Part shown: piece by piece, positions 35,291 through 45,843 of the stretch
How the letters are laid out: each line of letters opens with the position of its first letter
How positions within the stretch are numbered: the stretch's first letter is position 1
Made by a program: the position numbers and the translations under genes
Virus record (IMG/VR): IMGVR_UViG_3300028864_000017
Reading direction: 5' to 3' (one strand)
Source: a virus
Taxonomy: Duplodnaviria; Caudoviricetes
Length of the DNA stretch: 64,000 bases
Notes under the pieces: model-generated
What the model was told of the DNA's origin: nothing
Databases searched by the model: none
Seen by the model: only the letters and a program-made list of their open reading frames with translations

Positions 35291-36058
35291 ATGAAAGTAT
35301 TAAAATATAGTAGATATTCATTTTTAAAGGAAGCAAATCTTATAACAGAAGATTCTGAATTTCAACAATTTCAATTCGGAATCGAACCAATGGGTACAGC
35401 TGGAGGGGGAGGAGACTTTGCATTTGCTATGGATCCAGGTGCTTCATATTATAATTATCAAGACAGTCCTTACACTGATTTTTATGCAAGACAATCTGGA
35501 TTAGTATCGAATTTAGATAGAGTAATAAAAAGCTTACGTGGTCAAAATAATTTAATTTATAAAGATAGTAATCCTTTTTTAGAAGATATCGAATTATACG
35601 ATAATATCAAAATTTTAAGAATATATGAAAATAATAGTTTAAAATTAGATGTGTTTATATCATTTGAATTTGATAAAGAAGAATACTTTGGAGTGTTCAG
35701 AAACTATAATGGATTAATAAGGCCAACACTTGAATCTGAAGTATATTTTGATCCAGAATACTTATATAGATTTGATAGTGAGTATAAACTAAAATTAAGT
35801 AATTATTTTTATAAGAAATTGGAAAAATGGTTCATTCCAGATCAAGGTTTTTATAAAAATATGAAAAATGAAACTAAAGTAAAAAATAATATTGGTAAAT
35901 TATACGAAATAAATGAAAATAAAGTAGTTGAGATTTTAGGATATAATATCAATAGTAATAACAAGCCATATATTATAATGAAAGTAAATGAAGATACTTA
36001 TCATATAGAAAACAATGACTATTATTACTTTAAATGGAGATTTGAGAAATTGAAATAA
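35291..36058 (+). CDS. putative virion protein
   Basis: MKVLKYSRYSFLKEAN start; TATATA upstream. Confidence 0.75.
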   Translation: MKVLKYSRYSFLKEANLITEDSEFQQFQFGIEPMGTAGGGGDFAFAMDPGASYYNYQDSPYTDFYARQSGLVSNLDRVIKSLRGQNNLIYKDSNPFLEDIELYDNIKILRIYENNSLKLDVFISFEFDKEEYFGVFRNYNGLIRPTLESEVYFDPEYLYRFDSEYKLKLSNYFYKKLEKWFIPDQGFYKNMKNETKVKNNIGKLYEINENKVVEILGYNINSNNKPYIIMKVNEDTYHIENNDYYYFKWRFEKLK

Positions 36059-36092
36059 ATAAAAAGAGATTCAAATGAATCTCTTTTTATTT
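36058..36092. terminator. bidirectional terminator
   Basis: aaaaagagattc-aaat-gaatctcttttt. Confidence 0.75.
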
Positions 36093-36768
36093 ATTCTATA
36101 ATAGTGTCTTTATAAATCACATAAATATCTACTAACAAATTTCTCAAATTATCTGATGAATTATCCATATCAAATTTCATTTTCTTTAATTTAATTATTA
36201 TTTCACATATTTCACGTTTTGTATATTTAAAATACTCTTTTGTATGATAATTATGATTCATATTAAATAATTCCTTTACATCTTCTGCAGTTTCTTTAAT
36301 TATAGACACTATACAATTATCAGATTTAGTTTCAGAATTAATCGAATTAAACAAACTTTTTCTATAAAGTTCATTAGTAGGAACACAATTAATATCTCCT
36401 ACTTCATCTGGATTTAATGTTTTAACTTTACTAAATACTTCTTCTAATACTTTATTACTACGACCAAAAAATTCATCTGGATCAACACCATCAACTGGCA
36501 TAAACAAATCATAAAATAGTCCTCTTTGAATTTTATCTCCATTACTCAAATTACACATTTTATCATTTTGAGATAGAATTGTTACAATATATGCATCATT
36601 TGTTTTTAATCTATAATCTTCTCCGACTATTTCTAAATTATTTTCTTTTAAATATTTTTTAATAGCATCTTCAAAAAAAGAACTTTTATTAATATTTTTC
36701 TCTGTCGCTAATGTATCAAAAGCATTATACAACGTTTCATCAATTGAATAAGTTTTTATTGTTTTCAT
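36091..36768 (-). CDS. ribbon-helix-helix (CopG-like) DNA-binding protein
   Basis: MKTIKTYSIDETLYNAFDTLATEKNINKSSFFEDAIKKYL is a typical RHH pattern. Confidence 0.75.
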   Translation of the reverse strand: MKTIKTYSIDETLYNAFDTLATEKNINKSSFFEDAIKKYLKENNLEIVGEDYRLKTNDAYIVTILSQNDKMCNLSNGDKIQRGLFYDLFMPVDGVDPDEFFGRSNKVLEEVFSKVKTLNPDEVGDINCVPTNELYRKSLFNSINSETKSDNCIVSIIKETAEDVKELFNMNHNYHTKEYFKYTKREICEIIIKLKKMKFDMDNSSDNLRNLLVDIYVIYKDTIIE

Positions 36769-36814
36769 GTTTTTAGTTGTTTTTAGTTTATATATAAATA
36801 TTTTATTGTTCAAA

Positions 36815-36848
36815 TTAATATTATTAATAATATTATTAATAATATTAA
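36815..36848. promoter_or_regulatory. 34-bp perfect palindrome in divergent promoter region (candidate operator)
   Basis: ttaatattattaataatattattaataatattaa equals its own reverse complement. Confidence 0.45.
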
Positions 36849-36894
36849 CATTTTTTATAGAAAACTTTTTTATTATAGTATTATATAATTATAT

Positions 36895-38637
36895 ATGATA
36901 ATTAAATCCATATCTCTTAGAAATTTCAAATCATTTGGAAACAACACACAATCAGTAAAATTTGAAGATAATTCATCTGATTTAATATTATTAACAGCAG
37001 ATAACGGTGGTGGTAAGTCATCTTTTCAACAATCATTTGATTTTTCGCTATTTGGTATTGTAAGAGGAAAAAGCGGAAAAAGAGTTCCACAAGCAATATT
37101 ATCCAATAGAATTAATAAGAATTTAGAAACTGAAATACATTTTGTCAATAATATGTCTGATAACATCAGAATTCAGAGATGTTTGGAGCCAAATCATGCA
37201 AAAGTTTTTATTAATGACGTAGATGAAACAAGGAAATTTAAAAATTTAAAAAAAGAAGATAGAGATAAATTAATAGGATTTGATTATGATACATACAAGA
37301 GTTTTATATCTATGTCAGTATCTGATTTTGCAAATTTCATAGACTTAAATCCTGAGGAAAAAAGAAGTATAATAAATAGATTATTCAATTTACAAGACTT
37401 AGATGAATATCTATCGTTAAGTAACGGATTAATTAGGCAAAACAAAGAAGAAGAATTAAAATTATCATCTATAATAGAAACTAATAATCAAACGATTATA
37501 ACACTGAGTAAAAATATTGAAAATATAAAAAAAAGTGGAATATTAGATAAGGAGAAAGAAAAAGAAAAATTAGAGATAGAAAAAAATTCTAAAAGAGAAC
37601 CATATATAAATTCTAAAAAAGAAATGCTATCATATGCAGAAAAATTTAAAAAATTAGAGATAGAAAGGCAGGATTTTGAGAATCAAAGAAATATAATATC
37701 TAATAATATCATTGAAATAAAATTTGAAATAAAAAATATAGAGGAGAAACTTGAGATATATGAATCTGGAACTTGTCCATTATGTAGTACTAATTTGAGT
37801 GATGAAAATCATAAGCATGACTTGAGTAAAATTAATTCTAAATTTATAATTGAAAAAGAAAAATTCAAAAAACTAAATTTAGAAAAAAATGAATTGACAT
37901 TAAAATTGACTCAGATTTCAAACAATAGAGATTCATTATACAAAAAGAAAAATATAACAAGTTTAGTATATAACAATTTGATTTCTGACTTAAAAATAAT
38001 AACTAAAAAAATATCAGATTTAATAGAAATAACTGAACATGTATCAATTTCAGAATTAGAAAAAAACATTATAGAACTTAAAAATAATAATATCAAAAAT
38101 AACGAAAAAATATTAGAAATAAAAGGAAAAAATCAGGTGTATGAAGAATTAAAAATAGTTTTTTCTACTAATGGAGTTAGAAAAAGTATTGTTAAAAATA
38201 TAGTAAAACCTATAAATGTTTATTTAAAAGAAATTTTAGATGACATGAAATCTACATATAGTGTAAAAATAGATGAAAATTTTAATGTCAAAATATATGA
38301 AAGATTAACTACTGAGATACATTCAGAAAGTTTATCAATGGGTGAATCAAAGAAAATAAATATTGGTATAGCTCTATCTTATTTAAAATTAATATTAAAA
38401 TTTAGAAAACTTAATATTTTATTTTTAGATGAAGTATTTTCAAGTATGGGTCCAGTAAATGTTGAATTTGCTTTGAAAGTTCTTAAAGATTTCACTAAGG
38501 AATTTAATCTTAATATAATTATATTGGATCCAAAAGTATATTTCACTGAAAGTTCTCCAATGAGTAGTTATTTTGATAGAATATTAAAAATAAACAAAAA
38601 AATGTCATTCTCAGTAATAAATGAAGAAAATTTATAA
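36895..38637 (+). CDS. SbcC/Rad50/T4 gp46-like recombination ATPase
   Basis: Walker A ADNGGGKSS, coiled coils, CPLC zinc hook, LSMGE signature, LFLDEVF Walker B. Confidence 0.92.
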   Translation: MIIKSISLRNFKSFGNNTQSVKFEDNSSDLILLTADNGGGKSSFQQSFDFSLFGIVRGKSGKRVPQAILSNRINKNLETEIHFVNNMSDNIRIQRCLEPNHAKVFINDVDETRKFKNLKKEDRDKLIGFDYDTYKSFISMSVSDFANFIDLNPEEKRSIINRLFNLQDLDEYLSLSNGLIRQNKEEELKLSSIIETNNQTIITLSKNIENIKKSGILDKEKEKEKLEIEKNSKREPYINSKKEMLSYAEKFKKLEIERQDFENQRNIISNNIIEIKFEIKNIEEKLEIYESGTCPLCSTNLSDENHKHDLSKINSKFIIEKEKFKKLNLEKNELTLKLTQISNNRDSLYKKKNITSLVYNNLISDLKIITKKISDLIEITEHVSISELEKNIIELKNNNIKNNEKILEIKGKNQVYEELKIVFSTNGVRKSIVKNIVKPINVYLKEILDDMKSTYSVKIDENFNVKIYERLTTEIHSESLSMGESKKINIGIALSYLKLILKFRKLNILFLDEVFSSMGPVNVEFALKVLKDFTKEFNLNIIILDPKVYFTESSPMSSYFDRILKINKKMSFSVINEENL

Positions 38638-38995
38638 AATAGTAGAAAACCGAATAAATTATTTAGTAATAGAAGAAGATGGTTGTTCTAATTGGGAAAA
38701 TATCATTGAACACAATTTTTGGTATAAAATTCCTAAAAAATACAAAAAATATAAAGATATTAAATTTATAATAAATAATAAACACAATAATCTTGATATA
38801 ATAATTGCATATTATCGCAATAGAAAAGAGCATAATATTTACGGTTCATCATGTATATCTAGAAAACCTTCTACTGGTTGGTATTATAATAACTGGTGTA
38901 TTTATGGTAAAGAATATTTTGATATGAATGAATGGAGCAAAAAAAGCAATTCAATAATCAGGAATAAAAAAATACAAGTATTAAATAGAATTTAA
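38621..38995 (+). CDS. hypothetical protein with RNKKI tag
   Basis: Ends IRNKKIQVLNRI. Confidence 0.7.
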   Translation: MKKIYKIVENRINYLVIEEDGCSNWENIIEHNFWYKIPKKYKKYKDIKFIINNKHNNLDIIIAYYRNRKEHNIYGSSCISRKPSTGWYYNNWCIYGKEYFDMNEWSKKSNSIIRNKKIQVLNRI

Positions 38996-39643
38996 ACTAT
39001 TTAATGCTTGTATTTTCTGTTTTCTAATATATGATTCATCATAATAATCCAATAAATAACAAGATTTATAACTCAAGTCTTTTAATACATCAGAATTTAG
39101 ATTGGAGTCGATTGAATCAAATATAGATTTAGTATTTTTATCATATGGAAATATATTTATATAAAAATCATTATTACAATCTGCAGTCTTGATTAAATCT
39201 ATATTATAAAAAAAAGTAAAAACTAATTTACACTTTATAATACTATAATATGAATTAAATTCTAAAAATTTATTAACATCCTTATACACACCCATATAAC
39301 CATCATATACTATCAATTCTGGTTTATATTTTAATAATATTGTTGGTATATCATCTTTTATTGATAAAAATATTAATTTGTTATTATTTATAAAATTAAT
39401 ATCATTTTTTTTATATCTAACAACAACATTATCTATATCTGTTTGTATTCTTGATATCGAATTACTAAAATAACTTTTCAAATCAGTAATAAATAACATT
39501 ATCTTATTATTATTATTTAAAACAAAATTTTCTATAATTTTATTTATTAATAAACTCTTTCCTGTTTGTCTTGGCCATATTATTATAGATTTATCATATT
39601 CAATAATTTTATTGAATGCGCATTTTTGATAATCTCTTAGCAT
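38981..39643 (-). CDS. terminase-ATPase-like P-loop protein (short)
   Basis: MLRDYQ...PRQTGKS; 220 aa; ends IRKQKIQAL. Confidence 0.55.
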   Translation of the reverse strand: MLRDYQKCAFNKIIEYDKSIIIWPRQTGKSLLINKIIENFVLNNNNKIMLFITDLKSYFSNSISRIQTDIDNVVVRYKKNDINFINNNKLIFLSIKDDIPTILLKYKPELIVYDGYMGVYKDVNKFLEFNSYYSIIKCKLVFTFFYNIDLIKTADCNNDFYINIFPYDKNTKSIFDSIDSNLNSDVLKDLSYKSCYLLDYYDESYIRKQKIQALNSLNSI

Positions 39644-39852
39644 TAACGTCTAACTTGTTTTTTATTAGCAGAATAAAATTGTTGGGGTGGTCTTTGAATT
39701 ATTTTTTTCTTTTTATTTAAAATTGTTGGATTAATAAGGCTTGAACATATAATAGCTAACGCAAATATAATTGTCACTTCAAATCCAAATGTTTTATAAG
39801 TAGAAAATAATATTACGTTGAAAAAAAGTGATATAATAAGGAATTTCCACAT
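39643..39852 (-). CDS. small membrane protein
   Basis: Two hydrophobic helices, basic tail. Confidence 0.7.
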   Translation of the reverse strand: MWKFLIISLFFNVILFSTYKTFGFEVTIIFALAIICSSLINPTILNKKKKIIQRPPQQFYSANKKQVRR

Positions 39853-39984
39853 AAAAAATAGTCTTTTTCTTATAATATAAGAAAAAAGACTATTAGTTTA
39901 TTTTTAATTAATAACATTTTAGTCCAATGCCATATTTTTATTTTTTGCGATAAAAACAAAAAATTTAAAGGTTACTATATCAAA

Positions 39985-40488
39985 TCATGCATACTTGATA
40001 ATCTTTCTATTTAATTTTTTATTACCAACTTCATAAACTTTATTAGTCAAAGAGTAACACTCTGGTCCTAAACCTCTTAATAAACTATCTGGTGTGGTGA
40101 GCGTCCGACCGCACCTTCCACAAATTCCTTTGTGATATATTACCATATCTTTATGAGTTTTATTCATCATCAGTAAGTTAAAGAAAAATGTGAATGCTTT
40201 GTAAGATAATGCATCTGTACCAATTTTAGATTTTTGAGTTAATTTAAACCTCAATGTAATATAATTAAAAATAGCACCCATATAAGTATATGCGCCTTCA
40301 TTATCGCTTCCTGTAAGTACATATACAAATAATGGTGATTTTTCATCATCATCTTTCATTTTTCTGACTTTATAAGTAAACCAATTACCAGTCACTTTGC
40401 TTTCTAATGTTAAAATTGCATTACCTCCAACTATGAAATTTTTAATGTCTTCGACATTTTCAAACTGATAAAGAGTTTCTTTTTTCAT
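39985..40488 (-). CDS. DUF6011-like Zn-binding phage protein
   Basis: CGRCGRTLTTPDSLLRGLGPEC motif; TATCTTTG upstream at 40511-40518. Confidence 0.8.
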   Translation of the reverse strand: MKKETLYQFENVEDIKNFIVGGNAILTLESKVTGNWFTYKVRKMKDDDEKSPLFVYVLTGSDNEGAYTYMGAIFNYITLRFKLTQKSKIGTDALSYKAFTFFFNLLMMNKTHKDMVIYHKGICGRCGRTLTTPDSLLRGLGPECYSLTNKVYEVGNKKLNRKIIKYA

Positions 40489-40593
40489 ATCTTTGTTTTT
40501 AATTATAGTACAAAGATACAACATTTTAGACTAATAAAAAATCCTTGATACATATATTATCAAGGATTATAAATATTTAATATATTTTAATAT

Positions 40594-41241
40594 TTAAATC
40601 AATTCTACTACTTGTGAAACAACATCTGATAGCACTTCTTCCTCATTATCTGATATGATATAATCATCTGAATATGTAGCATAAAAAAAGCCTAAGCAAT
40701 CTGATTCAGCATATTCTAAATCTTCATAATTCTTTTTTAAGTATATTTTATATATATCTCTTTCTTTTATAATACTATATATAGATTTGTTATATTTAAT
40801 TGATTTAATATCATCAATAAATATATAATTTAAATTGTCATCACTTTTTAAAATAGATGATGATATTATATTGGCAGTAACGGTTAAATCATCTAATAAA
40901 AAATTATCAATAACTACACCAGAATTATTAATTGTAAACAATAAATCTAATGATATATAATCGTTTTTATAATTATATTTAAAAAAACTCATATAATTAA
41001 ATTGTGAATTGTATGATGACTCATTACCGTTATAATCTTTGCCATTAGAAAACATATCACTAGTTTCTTTTAATATTTTCATATAATTCAAATCTTCATG
41101 ATTTGATAATTTTTCAATATTTTTTGATAAAATTTCGATTATTGAACTATATTTTTTTTTGTTAGCATTATGATTTTTTCTAATAATAATAAATACAACA
41201 ATAACTAAAGTAATAAATACACAGATAACTATTTCATTCAT
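40594..41241 (-). CDS. membrane-anchored hypothetical protein
   Basis: N-terminal TM helix, 215 aa. Confidence 0.7.
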   Translation of the reverse strand: MNEIVICVFITLVIVVFIIIRKNHNANKKKYSSIIEILSKNIEKLSNHEDLNYMKILKETSDMFSNGKDYNGNESSYNSQFNYMSFFKYNYKNDYISLDLLFTINNSGVVIDNFLLDDLTVTANIISSSILKSDDNLNYIFIDDIKSIKYNKSIYSIIKERDIYKIYLKKNYEDLEYAESDCLGFFYATYSDDYIISDNEEEVLSDVVSQVVELI

Positions 41242-41252
41242 ACTCTTATGAA

Positions 41253-41957
41253 TTATTTTTTATTTATTAACACCGCTATTTTTATGGCTGTTTCAGCAAA
41301 TTCAGAAAATTGTTCAGTTGTCAATTCTTTTGTGTGATTATAATATTCCATTGTTATTAATCCAATTGGAGTATTATCATAATCTTCTAAAATTGTTGAA
41401 TAGTAAGTTTTTATTCCTAATGATGTTAAATAATCTTTTAAAAATTGGTCTTTCAAATTAGATACTAATGGAATAAAAATTTCTTCTCTTGTTGCTAATA
41501 TTCGATTCCAAAGAGGATTTATACTCAATGGCATATTTTGCATCTCTTTTATCATTGGTTTAGTTTCTAATGATACTGCTTCGTATGTATTACTACATTT
41601 TTTAAATTCTATTCCTGCTAAATTTTTACCTCCATTATGAAATTCAAAAATTGATATTCTCTCACTATCAAATATTTGCAACAAATGGTACATTTGTATT
41701 TGTATTTTATTCGCATTTTCAGCAAAATTCATGAATTTTGCTGGTAAATCTGAATGGTCATCATTTGGCATTTTTTTCATCATATTATCCAATCTATTAT
41801 ATAATGAATCAATCTTATCTTCTTGTTCTTTTATTCTTTTTGCTGAACTATTTATCAACATATATGCAATTAGTATTATTATTAAAAAAACTGTAATTAT
41901 AAAACCATAATCTTGAAATATATTGACGATATTTACTGCTAGTATTGAATTTAACAT
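41253..41957 (-). CDS. membrane-anchored GAF-like domain protein (T4 gpt-type holin-like)
   Basis: N-terminal TM, coiled coil, then IFEFHNG...CSNTYE...PIGLITMEY GAF-like region. Confidence 0.5.
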   Translation of the reverse strand: MLNSILAVNIVNIFQDYGFIITVFLIIILIAYMLINSSAKRIKEQEDKIDSLYNRLDNMMKKMPNDDHSDLPAKFMNFAENANKIQIQMYHLLQIFDSERISIFEFHNGGKNLAGIEFKKCSNTYEAVSLETKPMIKEMQNMPLSINPLWNRILATREEIFIPLVSNLKDQFLKDYLTSLGIKTYYSTILEDYDNTPIGLITMEYYNHTKELTTEQFSEFAETAIKIAVLINKK

Positions 41958-41974
41958 TTTAATTTATTTGTTTT

Positions 41975-42616
41975 TTATTTCTTCAAATAGTTACCTGTTT
42001 CAGCACTATAGATATATTGATGATTTTTAATTACATTAACATTAAACGACTTTAATGCTATATATACATCGTCTAAGCATTCATCTTCTGCTCCTCCACA
42101 TATTATAACCTTTTTATTTCTTAATTTTTTAAATAGTTCTACCAATTCATCATTGACATAAAACCATTGATGATTATTTCCTATATATATTAAGAATTCA
42201 TTTTGTTCCTTTAATCTAAATGCATCTCCTTTCTTAAATACATTATTTCTTGATTTGAATTCTTCAAGTGTTTTTTTATCAAAAATATGTGTTATCCATT
42301 CTTTAAACCCTCCTTTATATTTAGAATAAAATTTTTTAACTCCATATTTTTTTTCTATCAAATCTATCTCATTTTTAAATTTATAAGTAGGCTTAGAACC
42401 TTGATTTGAATCCCATATTTGATACACTCCTTTTCCTGTTTCATCTGATGGAAAATCCAAACAATATTTGTCAATTTTTTTAATGAAACCATTAGGATCA
42501 GTAGGAAAATATTTCTTAAAATTAGACTGAACATCAACGATTAATAATATTCCGTCATGATTAATTAGTGATATATTTTCATTTATAGCAAAATTTTCAA
42601 ATTTAAATATCTTCAT
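41975..42616 (-). CDS. isochorismatase/cysteine-hydrolase-like protein
   Basis: ILLIVDVQ, VIICGGAEDECL; MKIFKFENFAINE start. Confidence 0.65.
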   Translation of the reverse strand: MKIFKFENFAINENISLINHDGILLIVDVQSNFKKYFPTDPNGFIKKIDKYCLDFPSDETGKGVYQIWDSNQGSKPTYKFKNEIDLIEKKYGVKKFYSKYKGGFKEWITHIFDKKTLEEFKSRNNVFKKGDAFRLKEQNEFLIYIGNNHQWFYVNDELVELFKKLRNKKVIICGGAEDECLDDVYIALKSFNVNVIKNHQYIYSAETGNYLKK

Positions 42617-42850
42617 AGATTTATATATATAATTTATTAACTTATTTTTTATATATAAATTTGTGAATATCAAAAAACTCAGGGAATTAGCACATGTAGC
42701 AATCATTATTGAAATATATATAATGATAAATATCTACACATAAATACTATATGTTATCAAAAAATATAATAATGAAATAAGAATATGAATTTACTTTTAA
42801 TTTATTAAAGTTTAAAATTTATATATAATAAAAAATAATAATATATAATT

Positions 42851-43603
42851 ATGGCAATGACAATTGATCAATTAGTCGATATAGTTCAAGGTGATTTGAC
42901 AATATCAGGACTTTTTGATAAAATTTTACCTGACATGGAAATAATTCGTTTAGTTAGAGAAGAAGCATTAGATTGGTTCTATAAAAACTATCAATTCTCT
43001 AAAATAAAAATGTTTTATTATCTAAAAAAAGATTTCATATACACGGATGAATATCATAGAAATAAAACGATTGTTTTACCTCCAGAAGTTGAAGATTTGG
43101 TTAGAATTGTAAAGATAGATAATCCTAATATGTTTAGACTTGGTATACAAGCTCCGCAATTATCAATAAATCTTGGTGTAACTAATCAACCATTTTTAAC
43201 AAGTTTTGTAACAACAGCAGGTGAATTAGGAGTATATAGATCAGTTATTAGTGCATTTGCAGATCAAATAAATAAAATGACCACTAATACATTAAGATTT
43301 AATTTTAATCACATAAATAAGCATCTAAATTTATTAACTATGATTGATACTGATATGATGTTAGAGATATATGCAAGAATTGAAGAAGAAGAACTTTTTG
43401 ATAATGTATATTTCAAGCAATATCTTATTGGATTATGTCAAATGAGAATGGGTCAAGCAGTTGGAAGATTCAATTTCAATATGCCTGGAAGTTTTCAATA
43501 TAACGCTGCTGATATGATTACTCAAGGTAAAGAAAAAATGGATGCTATAGTAGAAAAAGTTAGATCAGAAACAAACACAGGCTGGTTCATTATGGATAGA
43601 TAA
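42851..43603 (+). CDS. neck / head-tail connector protein (T4 gp13-like)
   Basis: C-terminal YFKQY...MGQAVGRFNFNMPGSFQYNAADMITQGKE resembles gp13-type sequence. Confidence 0.7.
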   Translation: MAMTIDQLVDIVQGDLTISGLFDKILPDMEIIRLVREEALDWFYKNYQFSKIKMFYYLKKDFIYTDEYHRNKTIVLPPEVEDLVRIVKIDNPNMFRLGIQAPQLSINLGVTNQPFLTSFVTTAGELGVYRSVISAFADQINKMTTNTLRFNFNHINKHLNLLTMIDTDMMLEIYARIEEEELFDNVYFKQYLIGLCQMRMGQAVGRFNFNMPGSFQYNAADMITQGKEKMDAIVEKVRSETNTGWFIMDR

Positions 43604-43637
43604 AAAAATAAACCACTCAATTGAGTGGTTTTTTCTT
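43604..43637. terminator. bidirectional terminator
   Basis: aaaccactc-aatt-gagtggtttt with flanking A/T tracts. Confidence 0.75.
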
Positions 43638-44924
43638 TTTATTATTTTCGTAGTAATACTCAGTTATAGAATCATCTCTTTTTATTACTGTTATAAGATC
43701 ATCATCGTTGTTATTATTATTATCAAACAAAGTCATAAATTCTTCTAATTCCTCTACCAATGGTTCTTCATCCAATTCAGTATTATTCAATTTATCAAAA
43801 TGATATTCTAATTCTTCATTATACCATTCCTCACGTATTTCATTGTATATTTCATCCATATAATCAATAGGTTCTACAATAGGTTCTACAATAGGTTCTA
43901 CAATAGGTTCTACAATAGGTTCTACAATAGGTTCTACAATAGGTTCTACAATAGGTTCTACAATAGGTTCTACAATAGGTTCTACAATAGGTTCTACAAT
44001 ATTGGTATTTATATCAAAAGATTTAGGATTATTAATAATATAGTTTATAACATCTATAACTATTTTATTATATTTTTCTTTTTCAACTTCTTCAACTTCT
44101 TCATCTTCTTCAACTTCATCGTCCTCCTTTTTTTCTGTTAATTGATTAATACCTATTAATAAAGTAATCGCCAATGGATCAAACACGCATATAATAAGTA
44201 ATGCTACTATATTAACTAAATTATCAATAGGTATTCCTGTTAATTTTGCGACAAATTTATAAGGACCTATTTCATTTGTTGCATCAGATGACTTAAGATT
44301 AATAATCTTCTGCTCGTAATATGAAATAGAGTCATTATATACACTTGCTTGCTTCATTTTTAAGGTGATATCAGAATTAATCATATTTATCTGATTATCT
44401 GATCCTGTTATATGACTTTCTGCACTTTTTGCGATACTATTATTTTTTTTAGTATATAAATCATCTAAACGTTTTTCTTGCTGTGTTCTCAATCCAGATA
44501 ATGTATTAATTCTATTATTTGAACTCTCAATAGATTTATTTATCATATCTAACTGAACTTTAAATAGTGATTTTTTACTTTCAACTATTTTTATTTGAGA
44601 ATCTCTACTTTCTAATTTATTGGCAGATTGCTGATAAGCACCAGTCAAAAATCCATATATACCTACTGATGTCAAAAACATAATAAACACAACAGCAAAA
44701 ACATAGAATGCTCTTAGTATTGGCTTTATATTTTTCCAATAACGATAAACGTAAGATACTGTGACTAACTTAGAAAATTCTAAAGCTGCTGCTAATATAG
44801 TTATACCTAATCCTGCAGATGCAAATAATTTTGTCAATCCAAATATCGAAAAATATGCTGCAGTACCTGCTAGTGATAATGCAGCAATTGATAATAATAT
44901 CACAAAAGTTAAATTTTTATTCAT
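43617..44924 (-). CDS. phage membrane protein with coiled coil and (IVEP)11 repeat
   Basis: Three N-terminal TM helices (AAYFSIFGL..LF, LEFSKLV), coiled coil, TM with DPLA, acidic tail. Confidence 0.8.
   Translation of the reverse strand: MNKNLTFVILLSIAALSLAGTAAYFSIFGLTKLFASAGLGITILAAALEFSKLVTVSYVYRYWKNIKPILRAFYVFAVVFIMFLTSVGIYGFLTGAYQQSANKLESRDSQIKIVESKKSLFKVQLDMINKSIESSNNRINTLSGLRTQQEKRLDDLYTKKNNSIAKSAESHITGSDNQINMINSDITLKMKQASVYNDSISYYEQKIINLKSSDATNEIGPYKFVAKLTGIPIDNLVNIVALLIICVFDPLAITLLIGINQLTEKKEDDEVEEDEEVEEVEKEKYNKIVIDVINYIINNPKSFDINTNIVEPIVEPIVEPIVEPIVEPIVEPIVEPIVEPIVEPIVEPIVEPIDYMDEIYNEIREEWYNEELEYHFDKLNNTELDEEPLVEELEEFMTLFDNNNNNDDDLITVIKRDDSITEYYYENNKKKKPLN
43866..43997 (-). repeat. 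perfect 12-bp tandem repeat x11
   Basis: (aataggttctac)11 encoding IVEP repeats. Confidence 0.95.
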
Positions 44925-44941
44925 AAATATTTATTAAAAAG

Positions 44942-45412
44942 TTATACATTAAATTTTTTTGATTGTTTAAAAATTTCATATCTTTCAGGGTTAATATTAG
45001 TTATTATTTCGTCCAAATCATTAACATCATCTGATTTACCTTGAAATGAAAAATATGATTTACTACCACCAGAAATTATATGAAATGAATATATTAAGAA
45101 TTGAATGAAAATCATAAAAACTTTCAAATATTTATATTCTAAATCTACCCAAGAATCACGAATCCATATTATATAATAATTATCAGAATCTAAACAAAAA
45201 CTAATATCTAAATTATATATTAACTGTTTTTCATCTTTAGTAAAGAATTCTATATTACAAGAATAATCTTTTTTTGATATTGTTGGTATATCCTTATATA
45301 TTAAACAATCAAAATCTTTAAAATTAGTATCAGATGTAAATGTATCACATATAGATTTTGCTAAATTATTAGTTTTTAATTTTTGAGAATAGTCACTATA
45401 ATTTTTTATCAT
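44942..45412 (-). CDS. tagged hypothetical protein (ends KKFNV)
   Basis: MIKNYSDY...QSKKFNV. Confidence 0.75.
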   Translation of the reverse strand: MIKNYSDYSQKLKTNNLAKSICDTFTSDTNFKDFDCLIYKDIPTISKKDYSCNIEFFTKDEKQLIYNLDISFCLDSDNYYIIWIRDSWVDLEYKYLKVFMIFIQFLIYSFHIISGGSKSYFSFQGKSDDVNDLDEIITNINPERYEIFKQSKKFNV

Positions 45413-45417
45413 ATGAT

Positions 45418-45843
45418 TTAATCTTTTCTACCTGATACATATCTACCTTTTCTAGTTTTGTTTATATTAGAAAATGTTATGAATTTATCATCTATCTTAA
45501 TATCAAAGCTATAAAGGTTTGTATCATTACTTAATAATTGTTTAATTTTTTCTACTTTAATATGTGATCTTGATTCAAAGTCATAAATTAAAAATTTTAG
45601 TCCATCGTTCTCACTAAGACGATCTTTAAATTCTGGTAATCTTAAAAATTCCATTATTCTTTCAACTAATTTGCCAAATTTATCAGATCCTTTTCGATAT
45701 TCTCCAAAATATTGCTTGAAGTTCTTTATCCTTGGTTCCTCCCCATAATTAGTTCCAGCAAAAGGAATTTTACCTTCTGGCCCTGCAACAGATGGAAAAT
45801 AAAAATTATGATCTGTTGATTTAGTATCAAAGCTTGTAATCAT
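45418..45843 (-). CDS. hypothetical protein
   Basis: 141-aa ORF. Confidence 0.75.
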   Translation of the reverse strand: MITSFDTKSTDHNFYFPSVAGPEGKIPFAGTNYGEEPRIKNFKQYFGEYRKGSDKFGKLVERIMEFLRLPEFKDRLSENDGLKFLIYDFESRSHIKVEKIKQLLSNDTNLYSFDIKIDDKFITFSNINKTRKGRYVSGRKD

